From: Fibrobacteria bacterium
Lineage (GTDB): Bacteria > Fibrobacterota > Fibrobacteria > UBA11236 > JADFYW01
Assembly (NCBI GenBank): GCA_050294405.1
Contig: JBNKOC010000001.1
Span: 62,201-126,200 of the forward strand
Length of the DNA stretch: 64,000 nt
Reading direction: 5' to 3'
Positions 49,126 to 57,833 of this stretch are shown piece after piece. Positions within the stretch are counted from its first letter, which is position 1, and every line of letters begins with the position of its first letter. Below the pieces are notes generated by a model. It was not told the origin of the DNA, made no database searches, and saw only the letters and a program-made list of their open reading frames with translations. The position numbers and the translations under genes were made by a program.

Positions 49126-51258
49126 TTAATCCTTAGTGGTGTGGTAATATTGATAATAGTTTTTATAATAACCGTAATAACCTTTGTTCTTTGATAAAGG
49201 AACATCATTTAATACACAACCAAAAATATTGGCTTTAACACGGTTTAATGCCTGAACACTTCTTTCAGCTACGTTCAAGCTGGTTTTTTCAGCTCTGGTA
49301 ACTAAAACAACGCCGTCAACATGGGATGCTAATACGCATGCATCAGTAACAGCAATAATGGGAGGTGTGTCAAAAATTATGTATTTATATTTTTGCTTAA
49401 ACAATTCGACTAAGGATAAGAATTTTTTGGATCCCAAAACCTCCGCGGCATTTGGCAAAAAAGTTCCTGCCGGTAAAATGTGCAAAGAGGTCCCTTCTAT
49501 TTTTCGAATAGATTCTTCTATTGTGGTGGAGTCGGTAATTAAATCTCCAACGCCAGGGCCTCTTTCCAACTTGAATAAATGGTGGATGATAGGCCTTCTT
49601 AAATCCGTATCCACCAGTAATGTTGGTTCTCCTTGCTGGGCAAACGCCAAGGCCGTATTGGAAGAAGTTAGGGATTTGCCTTCATGGGGTCCGCAGCTGG
49701 TGACAATAAAGGTTTGTATGTGTTTATCGGGGCTGGCAAACAATATATTTGTCCTTAGGGAGCGATAGGATTCCGCGATTATGCCTTCACCTTTACCTCC
49801 TTTAATTATGAGGTCAGGGTATTGCTGCGATAAAGTCTGTCCCTTTTTTTCTGATGTGCTTCTTTTAATTTTGAGATCACTTTTTCTGGTAACAATATGA
49901 GGTATGGTACCCATTAGGGTAAGCGCAAGTCTCTTTTCAATGTCCTCGGTGGACTTAATGGAGTCGTTTAAAAATTCACGGAATAGGGCAATAACAATTC
50001 CGAGTATTAGGCCCACAACAAAGGAAAATAAATAGTATATAATGTCATTTGTTTTATTTGGTTCCGTTGGCATAAAAGCATTTTCAACAATTTTTAACCC
50101 GCCCGATTGCGCCTGCATTTTTATTATTTCATCTTCAAGACGGATGGTAAGCCTTTTGTAAGTGGAAGAATGGCGGTTAATAAGTTCGTTGAGTCGGTTT
50201 ACTTCTAGTTCATGTTCTAAAATGTTGGGATGGCTTTTTTTGTACTCATCAATCGCTTTGCGGAAGGATTTAATTTTATTCATTTTGAATTGCAGTTCCG
50301 CTTCTAAATCTTCCACATTCTTTTTGCTTTCCTTCCATTTTGCATAAAATCCTACATTTGGCTTTGATGTAGTGGATTTTTTGCTAAGCTCTGAAATTTC
50401 ATTTTGCACATTTTCAATTTCGATTAACAGAGAGTCTCCATCTGATATGGGGATACCCAATTTTATTTTTTTCTGCTTTTCCCTATTTAATTTTTCCAAC
50501 TTGCTAAGCAATTCTCTTCTGCCCTCTTTTTCTATAGGAAGTTTGCGGTTTATTTTTTTATCCAGATGGCTGAAATATGATTTTTTAGCAGCTAAGTCGG
50601 CGCTTTCTAGTTCGTATTCTACTAACATATTTTCATAAGCCGTTTCTAAAGCCTGAAGCCCGCTTATATCTCCCTGAGATTCCTTTTGGTTAATAGTGTT
50701 TTTTTCTTCAACGGATTCATTATACATTTGAGTGGTTTTTTCAATTTGCTCTTTTATTACAGACAAAGCTTGGTCAGATTCTTGATTTTCAACCTTTTTG
50801 CAAAACACAATCAAGCTGTCAGTAGCGATTCGGACTAAATCGTAAGCCAACTTTGGGGATGTGACTGAAGCTGATATTTTTATAAAACTGCTATGAGTTC
50901 CGGGTTCAATTTTCACATTAGCGGCAACAAAAAGTTTCTTTTCCCGCGAGGAATTACCCGGAATAATAGTGCTATCCATACTGCTGAAAAGCTTATCCTG
51001 GAATGCCCGACCCTGAAAAATTCCAGTGTAATATCCAAGAGATTTTTGCTGTTTGGAGGGCCCACCCAGATATACAGACTCTTGGGAGTCTTCCATGGTG
51101 AGTTGGGAATATGAAGTGAAATAGTCGGGGTTTCTGGAAACGAAAAACCACGTGGCGGCCACAAAACATACAACACTAGAAATTATTTGCAGCTTATGCT
51201 GAATTATTAAAAAATAATAATCCCGAAACTGCAGGTCTTTTTTAATGTGAATAGCCAT
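49126..51258 (-). CDS. wzc: Wzc-type polysaccharide co-polymerase / tyrosine autokinase
   Basis: Two TMs flanking a coiled coil; AESYRSLRTNI, Walker A GPHEGKS, LVDTDLRRP, IFDTPP; C-terminal Tyr cluster GYYGYYKNYYQYY. Confidence 0.93.
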   Translation of the reverse strand: MAIHIKKDLQFRDYYFLIIQHKLQIISSVVCFVAATWFFVSRNPDYFTSYSQLTMEDSQESVYLGGPSKQQKSLGYYTGIFQGRAFQDKLFSSMDSTIIPGNSSREKKLFVAANVKIEPGTHSSFIKISASVTSPKLAYDLVRIATDSLIVFCKKVENQESDQALSVIKEQIEKTTQMYNESVEEKNTINQKESQGDISGLQALETAYENMLVEYELESADLAAKKSYFSHLDKKINRKLPIEKEGRRELLSKLEKLNREKQKKIKLGIPISDGDSLLIEIENVQNEISELSKKSTTSKPNVGFYAKWKESKKNVEDLEAELQFKMNKIKSFRKAIDEYKKSHPNILEHELEVNRLNELINRHSSTYKRLTIRLEDEIIKMQAQSGGLKIVENAFMPTEPNKTNDIIYYLFSFVVGLILGIVIALFREFLNDSIKSTEDIEKRLALTLMGTIPHIVTRKSDLKIKRSTSEKKGQTLSQQYPDLIIKGGKGEGIIAESYRSLRTNILFASPDKHIQTFIVTSCGPHEGKSLTSSNTALAFAQQGEPTLLVDTDLRRPIIHHLFKLERGPGVGDLITDSTTIEESIRKIEGTSLHILPAGTFLPNAAEVLGSKKFLSLVELFKQKYKYIIFDTPPIIAVTDACVLASHVDGVVLVTRAEKTSLNVAERSVQALNRVKANIFGCVLNDVPLSKNKGYYGYYKNYYQYYHTTKD

Positions 51259-51278
51259 TTACCACTTATTTTGTTGAG

Positions 51279-52184
51279 TTAATTAAAAATTTGATTGAAG
51301 TTGCTTATGATTATAAATGCTGTAACCAAAGTGGCTACGTCCCGTACGATGGATAATGATTTGCTCCAGGTAAAAGTTTTTCTGTAGACAACAACTACAT
51401 CACCAGGATAAACCTTTGGAATATCTTTCATTTTTCCGGTATCGATGTAATCCTTTAAATCTATCAGGTTGTCCGCTTTTCCTCCATCTTCAGAGCTGAT
51501 AATCCTTACTTTCGATAAATTGGCATCCTCCACCGGTCCACCGGCCAGATACAATACATCAAATAAATTGGTTGTGTCCGGCGGTGAAAAATATCCAGGA
51601 GATTTTACGGCTCCTAATACTTTTATCTGAGTGCGCTGGGATTTCGCCAACACTATTATTTTATCGCCCTCCTGAATTTTAGGCAACAAAGCTAAATTGC
51701 CGGATGTTAAGAATTCCTGGAAATTGTAAAAGCTGGCGTCCTCATCCAGCTGATCCTTTTGTACAATTTTTATTTTTTCCAAATTGGCATAATTCGTGGT
51801 TCCCCCGGCAAGCAGCAAAATTTCCTGAAGATTAGTGCCCGCATCCACCTTCAGTACGCCAGGTTTTGTAACCTGACCCAATACTGTAATGGATTGTGGC
51901 ATTTCATTCAAAACTGTTACCAGAACAAATGGCGCATCGGAATAATTCACTAATTTTATGGTTAAAATTTCCTGTAATTCGGATGTTGTCATCCCCGAAA
52001 CAGGAGCGTCTTGATACAAGGGATAATCTATAGTTCCATCGCTCTGTACTTTGACTTGTCTGGATAGGAGCTCATCGCCTTTCACGAGTATGTTTAAAAT
52101 CATCCCAGATTGAATAATTGAAGAATAGCTTTGAAGGCATAAAATCAAAATCAGCAGGTAAAACGGAGATTTTTTTATAGTCAT
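51279..52184 (-). CDS. wza: Wza/OPX polysaccharide export protein with SLBB domains
   Basis: V.SDGTI.YPL...V.G.T..EL, VLGQV.KPG, VLGAVKSPG, AGG repeats; C-terminal amphipathic helix; no clear lipobox. Confidence 0.85.
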   Translation of the reverse strand: MTIKKSPFYLLILILCLQSYSSIIQSGMILNILVKGDELLSRQVKVQSDGTIDYPLYQDAPVSGMTTSELQEILTIKLVNYSDAPFVLVTVLNEMPQSITVLGQVTKPGVLKVDAGTNLQEILLLAGGTTNYANLEKIKIVQKDQLDEDASFYNFQEFLTSGNLALLPKIQEGDKIIVLAKSQRTQIKVLGAVKSPGYFSPPDTTNLFDVLYLAGGPVEDANLSKVRIISSEDGGKADNLIDLKDYIDTGKMKDIPKVYPGDVVVVYRKTFTWSKSLSIVRDVATLVTAFIIISNFNQIFN

Positions 52185-52493
52185 AAGATTTGAATCCCCT
52201 TTTTGGAAGGCTGCAATAATGGAATCAGGTTCTGGAAAGTGCTAATTATTTTTTGCAGGTTTTTTATAAACTCCCAACTTCTATCAATAAATCCTCAATT
52301 TCCTCTAATTTTACGATTTCTCGGCAATTTAATGCAACTATTGAGTCCAACTAAATCCTTTATTTTTTGCCAAAAAAAGCAGATTTTTTAAAAATCTGTG
52401 GCAAAAACTCTGGTTATAGGTATATTTATCTCATGCCGGAAGCTCTGGGCTTTTTGAAAGGCTGTCTTAAATCAATTAAAGAGGGATCTAAAT

Positions 52494-52931
52494 ATGAAAT
52501 TGTTGGGAATCATATTCTTGTCAGGATTTTTGGCTTTATCCTTTGGAGCGCAAAAATTAAGAGTAAAATCCGATAAAGTTTCCATTTTCCAAAGCAAAGG
52601 TGGAAATGGAACTAAGGGTACGCTTAATTCAGGCGAAGAGGTTTTGCTTATTTCAAAAAGCGACAATCGTACCATGATCAAAACTGCAAATGGCGTAAAA
52701 GGCTGGGTAGATAATGCCGCAGTTGAATATATCAAATCCAATAACAAAGGGGACACCTATAACCTTGATGCCCAAGAAGTTACTGGCTGGCTAGATAATC
52801 CTTCCGCCATTTACATTTTGGATAATTCCGGTCTGGAGAATGATGCTCTGCCCCTAACCCGTTCATTTGACGACGAAATTTTTGAAATGCAAGATAAAGA
52901 AACTCTGGAAAGAGGAAACGACGAAAACTAG
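52494..52931 (+). CDS. exported SH3b-domain protein with an acidic C-terminal tail
   Basis: Signal peptide; L..GEEV...IKTANGVKGWV; tail YNLDAQEVTGWLDNPSAIYIL...LTRSFDDEI. Confidence 0.75.
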   Translation: MKLLGIIFLSGFLALSFGAQKLRVKSDKVSIFQSKGGNGTKGTLNSGEEVLLISKSDNRTMIKTANGVKGWVDNAAVEYIKSNNKGDTYNLDAQEVTGWLDNPSAIYILDNSGLENDALPLTRSFDDEIFEMQDKETLERGNDEN

Positions 52932-52951
52932 TATATCTGCTTATGATTTTA

Positions 52952-52982
52952 AAAAAAGCCTGGCCTTGAGTCAGGCTTTTTT
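52952..52982. terminator. bidirectional terminator between the SH3 gene and metF
   Basis: AAAAAAGCCTG ... CAGGCTTTTTT, overlapping the metF stop. Confidence 0.65.
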
Positions 52983-53864
52983 ATTTTCAAGCTGACTTTC
53001 AAACAAGCCTTTGTTTTGCAGCTCTTTAGTGATTCTCATAGAGGAATCAGATTTATTAAGAGTATATAAATGTAAACCGCTTGTATCATTTTTAATTAAA
53101 TCCATACATTGCTGCACTCCGTACTCTACGCCGAGGCTAATAACATCATTATGTTTGTTTAAATGTTGGATTAATTTTGGGGGAATAGTTGCGCCAGCCA
53201 TATCCTTAAAACGCTCCAGTTGAGAGAGGCTGGTTACTGGCATAACACCTGCAATTATGGGAATATTTACTCCGGCAGCCACGGCCTTATCTCTAAAACG
53301 GTAAAAATCATCATTGTCAAAGAACAATTGGGTGATAGCAAAATGTGCACCCATGTCTTGTTTTAGCTTCAGATATTGAATATCAGATTCCAGACTTTCA
53401 GCCTCAATATGCTTTTCAGGATAACAGGCAGCTGCTATGTTAAATGAAAAGTTTTGGCTCATGTACTCAATAAGTTCGCTGGCATGACTAAAGCCGTTAG
53501 CATGAGCTTTAAATTCTGTTTGGCCCTTTGGGGGATCTCCTCTTAGGGCGATTACATTTTTTATTTCCGACTTTTCCAGATCCTTTAAAATGGCTGCTAT
53601 TTCTGTTTGAGAATGTCCCACACAAGTAAGGTGTGCCATGGATTCAATTTTTAATTCGGATTGGATTCTCTCCACAAGTCCTAAAGTCTTTTGCCTCGTT
53701 GATCCACCGGCGCCATAAGTTACGGAGATAAAATCAGGATTTAAGTAACTTAATTCGGCCAAGGTAGAATACAATGTTACCCAGCCCTTTGGCGTTTTTG
53801 GCGGGAAAAATTCAAAAGATAATGTGGGTTCTCCCTTATTTAATTTTTCGCTAAAATGAGTCAT
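52971..53864 (-). CDS. metF: 5,10-methylenetetrahydrofolate reductase
   Basis: SFEFFPPKT, SVTYGAGG, AHLTC, ALRGDPP, YPEKH, ITQLFFDN, LHLYTLN. Confidence 0.96.
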   Translation of the reverse strand: MTHFSEKLNKGEPTLSFEFFPPKTPKGWVTLYSTLAELSYLNPDFISVTYGAGGSTRQKTLGLVERIQSELKIESMAHLTCVGHSQTEIAAILKDLEKSEIKNVIALRGDPPKGQTEFKAHANGFSHASELIEYMSQNFSFNIAAACYPEKHIEAESLESDIQYLKLKQDMGAHFAITQLFFDNDDFYRFRDKAVAAGVNIPIIAGVMPVTSLSQLERFKDMAGATIPPKLIQHLNKHNDVISLGVEYGVQQCMDLIKNDTSGLHLYTLNKSDSSMRITKELQNKGLFESQLENKKA

Positions 53865-53894
53865 TGAGACAATTTACAAATTATTTTCAAACAC

Positions 53895-53928
53895 AAAAGC
53901 CAGCTTTAATAAAAGCCGGCTTTTTTTT
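53895..53928. terminator. terminator-like hairpin after the 1249-aa gene
   Basis: AAAAGCCAGCTTT-aata-AAAGCCGGCTTTT with flanking A/T runs. Confidence 0.65.
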
Positions 53929-53946
53929 GCCATAGGTGTTTGCCGT

Positions 53947-56900
53947 TTAAGGCAATATTAACATTTTTTTAGTTTGGATAAAATTTTCCATTTTTAGGAC
54001 ATAATAATAACTGCCCGGAGCTAATTTCTTTCCATTTTTGTCCTTGGATTCCCAAACCACGCGACTAATGCCGGGGCTTAAGTTTAACAAGCCAATCTCA
54101 GAAACCTTTTCCCCGGAAATATTAAAAATATCAATCTGGGCTGCATGTTCCTTTATTGCATTAATGTAGGATCCGTTAAAAAACGGAACGCTAACTTCAA
54201 AAGTGGTCTGTCCCCGAACCGGATTGGGGTAATTATTAATAGAGCTTTTTGTATGTTCTAATTCTTCTTTTAAATTAGGGTTCTTGGTTAATATTAAGGT
54301 TATTTCTTTTTCTTGTGAGGAGATCTTCATTGGGATGCTATTGCCTTCCGATAGGGAATAAATTTCATTTTTATCTGCGATATAGGATATATACCCCTCA
54401 GCTTTTAAATTTTCTAACCCTTCTATGGATAGCTGGCTGTTTTGAGTTCCCAAATTTTCACTTTTCACATAGAAACTTTGCCATATATCTCCATTGGTAT
54501 CCATATATGTACCAATGCTGTTGTATTTTAACCCAGATTTTTTTCCAGATTTAAAGTAAAGTGAAATATGGCTGCCCATTTTGGGTGCCTCAAGAGATTT
54601 GAAATTATTTGGAGATTCATTGGCTAAAATTTTAAGGTAGTTGAAACTATCCTTTTTGCCTTTTGCGGATAAGGATAATTTCAAATCTGCAATAACGTCT
54701 GCTGGCAATTTGCTTAATTTTTTAGCCGCATTGCTTTTGAAATAAGGTTGGGCTTTTAAACTTAGAATTTGTTCTTCATTCACGTTAACCCAATAAGCCA
54801 CACCGGGTTCCAGGATTCCGCTCACATTGATTACATCCGAAGTGGTTGGGTCCCATTTAAAAAAGTCAAGACCAGATGAAGAGACATCGATGGAATAAGG
54901 GTAAGGATTGCTAATCTGGTTCCAACCCAAAGCACCATAGACAAGCTTTATAGATATGGCGCTATCTAGAAGTTGCTCTTTGGTCAAAGGCAAGTTGATA
55001 TCTTCATTGTTATATATCCAATAGCCTTTTCCTCTTTCTAAAAAGGGAATTTTAGAATCCATGAGATACCTGCTAAATAGATTACTTTCTTCTCCATCAT
55101 CTTTCCAAAAAGCCAGAGTGGTGGCATCTCCTAAATCTGAAGTATTTATTTTTTGTCCTAAAATCCCCACCATAGACCAGCTGCCGGCAGGAATACTGCG
55201 AGTGGTAATTCCCGAAACAGTTATAGTCTTTGAATCTACATAGCTTTTGCCATCCGTAGCTAATATTTGAAGCTCCGCTTGGTATTCTCCGTCTGGCAAA
55301 GGGAAGTATAGTTGCTCTAATTTATTTTGGGATTTAGGTACTAGGGTTTCACCCTCTTTTTTAAGGGAAAGCTTAATAGCATACTCATCCAAAGGGGTAT
55401 CTAAATCGCTTAAGTTATATTGCAATGAAATGGCGCCGCCAGATTGTTGGCTAATTAAGCTGAAAACAGGCTCGTGCTCTTTTGCTACTACACTAACATT
55501 TTTACTCAGAATAATAAATTCATCGCTGGAATTTCCGGTTGTGCTGACAGTATTTTCCGGGAACAATTTAAAATCAAGTATATGGCTTCCTATTTCAGAG
55601 TTTGTGGGATTTGACGAAAACTTAAGCACGTATTGTCCATTTTCCTGGCCTTTAAAATCCAGGGAAATGAATCCAGGCAAAAGGCTTAATTCTACGCCAA
55701 TTTCTTCACCCGCATTTAAGCCACTTTCATTTTCCAAAATAATTGAGAATTGATAACTGCTGTCTTCCAACCAAATTTGATCGTCTGCTAAATTGTCGAA
55801 AATAAAAACGGGGTCTTGATGGCCGTCTGAATTTTCACCATGTATATATAAATGCCAATTGTCTTCATATAAAACAGCCTGATTGTATTTTTGCGATTCC
55901 ATAAAATAGAAAATTCCTGATTCCATACTTATTAAGGTTTCTAAGGAAGGGTCCAGAATCGAATTTAAGGCATCTCTATCTGCAGAATTTAGCACAATAA
56001 CAACATGCCCATCATTCGAATTGGGGCTAATATCCACCCATGGTGTGGGGATTGAAAAAGTGAGAGTACCGCCTTTATCAGACGAGAAAGAAATTTTTCC
56101 GGAGAAATTTAATTTGGAATCGTCAATGGATTCTGGAAAATCAAAAACAATTTTCCCTTCCATTGGATAATAATTGATAAAATTATTAAAACCATCCGAA
56201 TTGCGAAAGTGGTTTAGAGGTCTTCTGAATTCTTCAAGTGATTGGTTATTATATATATCAGAAACAATCCCTGAATTTATTTCAATTTCGAAATAGCTAA
56301 GACTATCGGGTTTTAAAATAGTAAGGTCTATGTTATCTAATTTAAAAACTAGACTCCTGTCATTTTCAGATTGAATTAATGAATTTTCTAAATTGGAGAG
56401 ATTCAAAACCTGCGAACCATTCTTATAGATATTTATAATTGCAGCGGGAGAAAAAGAGCCATTTAATAATGGGTTGTTAAATTCTAGTTCTAACATACCC
56501 TCCATGTGATTTATGGCAGCCCAGATTAAATGCAGGCTTAGAGTATCTTGTTTGGGTCGATTTACTTCGTGATAAAGTTCACTATTTGTATTTCCAAATT
56601 CATCCATAAAAAAATTGCTGGGGATATAAATACTCAGTTCATTTTCCAAGTTGCTCCAACTTTTAATTTCTTCCAACTGATTAAGATCTAGCTCAAGCCG
56701 ATACCTGAAATCATCCATTTGCGAATCTGATATTGGAACCAAGTTTATGAGCTCTAGTGAATTAGTCGCAGTTTCCAGTTTTAAATTTCCGTTGATAAGA
56801 GGGCTAATGGAAGATATTTTATTATTAAATTCAAATTCAAGTAATTTTGCATCCCAATTTAAATTAACCCATAACAACTCCAGATTGTTTATGTTGTGTT

Positions 56901-57678
56901 GTGTCTCAACAAAAAACTCATATTCAGGATCATTTATATTTCCATAAATGTCTTTTGAAAAATCATTGTTTAAATCCAGTTTTAAATTGCTTCCGGTTGA
57001 AAGGCTATTTTTTATACTGTCTATTTGAGTTCCGCTTAGTCTTATCCAAAAATCATAGGGACTATTGTTTTCTTCAAATTGAACCCCTGTACCTGACAAT
57101 TCAATTTTAATAGATTCATTATAAAGAACAATTCCTGGATTGAGAGGATAACTAATATCTCTGGGGTTGTTAAAATGTAATTCTAAAAGCCCTCTGGATA
57201 AATTTAAGCTAGCCCAATTTAAAAAATATTGACTGCTATTTTCGTCGGATATGTTTTCCTGTATTTCTACAGGCCAGGCATTAATATTGGGGATTTGAGT
57301 ACCGCTAGCAGAGCTGAAACTTCCTTCTCCTATATCTAACAACGGATAATCTCCAATTGTGCCAAAATTTTCAAGTTTAGCTCGTTGAGCATCTGATAAA
57401 ATAAATTGAATGCTCGAACCGTCCGTGCCAGTTCTAAAAGAAAAGGGAGTATAAAAACTGATAGTATCTTCAGGGCCTCCTAAAGAGGGATATAAGGTAA
57501 CGAAGCCATTAGAGCCTAGGGTATTTTCGTTAGGAACAGAGGAAAAGCTGAGGGTTAAAATCCCATCCTGAGTATTTAGCGCAGCCTTATTGACTTGGAA
57601 AATTTCCTGGCTAAATAGCGAACTGCAAAATATTAGGAAGAGAATTGCTATTTGAATTTTTGCTGATCTAGAATTCAT
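53947..57678 (-). CDS. large secreted repeat protein with a C-terminal FlgD-Ig/T9SS-like sorting domain
   Basis: Signal peptide from ATG 57678 (AGGGG RBS); about five ~120-aa repeats; GWNQISNPYPY module; NYPNP...IFNISGEKV...WESKDKNGKKLAPGSYYY. Confidence 0.8.
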   Translation of the reverse strand: MNSRSAKIQIAILFLIFCSSLFSQEIFQVNKAALNTQDGILTLSFSSVPNENTLGSNGFVTLYPSLGGPEDTISFYTPFSFRTGTDGSSIQFILSDAQRAKLENFGTIGDYPLLDIGEGSFSSASGTQIPNINAWPVEIQENISDENSSQYFLNWASLNLSRGLLELHFNNPRDISYPLNPGIVLYNESIKIELSGTGVQFEENNSPYDFWIRLSGTQIDSIKNSLSTGSNLKLDLNNDFSKDIYGNINDPEYEFFVETQHNINNLELLWVNLNWDAKLLEFEFNNKISSISPLINGNLKLETATNSLELINLVPISDSQMDDFRYRLELDLNQLEEIKSWSNLENELSIYIPSNFFMDEFGNTNSELYHEVNRPKQDTLSLHLIWAAINHMEGMLELEFNNPLLNGSFSPAAIINIYKNGSQVLNLSNLENSLIQSENDRSLVFKLDNIDLTILKPDSLSYFEIEINSGIVSDIYNNQSLEEFRRPLNHFRNSDGFNNFINYYPMEGKIVFDFPESIDDSKLNFSGKISFSSDKGGTLTFSIPTPWVDISPNSNDGHVVIVLNSADRDALNSILDPSLETLISMESGIFYFMESQKYNQAVLYEDNWHLYIHGENSDGHQDPVFIFDNLADDQIWLEDSSYQFSIILENESGLNAGEEIGVELSLLPGFISLDFKGQENGQYVLKFSSNPTNSEIGSHILDFKLFPENTVSTTGNSSDEFIILSKNVSVVAKEHEPVFSLISQQSGGAISLQYNLSDLDTPLDEYAIKLSLKKEGETLVPKSQNKLEQLYFPLPDGEYQAELQILATDGKSYVDSKTITVSGITTRSIPAGSWSMVGILGQKINTSDLGDATTLAFWKDDGEESNLFSRYLMDSKIPFLERGKGYWIYNNEDINLPLTKEQLLDSAISIKLVYGALGWNQISNPYPYSIDVSSSGLDFFKWDPTTSDVINVSGILEPGVAYWVNVNEEQILSLKAQPYFKSNAAKKLSKLPADVIADLKLSLSAKGKKDSFNYLKILANESPNNFKSLEAPKMGSHISLYFKSGKKSGLKYNSIGTYMDTNGDIWQSFYVKSENLGTQNSQLSIEGLENLKAEGYISYIADKNEIYSLSEGNSIPMKISSQEKEITLILTKNPNLKEELEHTKSSINNYPNPVRGQTTFEVSVPFFNGSYINAIKEHAAQIDIFNISGEKVSEIGLLNLSPGISRVVWESKDKNGKKLAPGSYYYVLKMENFIQTKKMLILP

Positions 57679-57758
57679 TATAATACCCCTGTGCAAATGC
57701 GCGTCTATATTAATTATATGGCCATTAAGGCCTAATTACCAGCAAAGGGGGCGGCAAT

Positions 57759-57774
57759 TGTGAGTCAAATCACA
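57759..57774. promoter_or_regulatory. CRP-type operator
   Basis: aatTGTGA-GTCAAA-TCACAaaa, an exact TGTGA-N6-TCACA match. Confidence 0.55.
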
Positions 57775-57810
57775 AAAATTCGACAATTTTTGAGTTTTTT
57801 TAGCTGCTTA

Positions 57811-57826
57811 ATTGATCCAGATCACA
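57811..57826. promoter_or_regulatory. second CRP/FNR-type site
   Basis: ATTGA-TCCAGA-TCACA; also reads TTGAT-N4-ATCAC, one mismatch to the FNR box. Confidence 0.4.
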
Positions 57827-57833
57827 TGTAGAT

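Noticed and set aside
52185..52493. ops/JUMPstart element or sigma-54 promoter before wza
   Set aside because: No GGCGGTAG, and no intact GG-N10-GC consensus on the minus strand.
53865..53946. SAM riboswitch upstream of metF
   Set aside because: The gap is ~80 nt and is mostly occupied by a simple terminator-like hairpin; no SAM-I/II core was seen.
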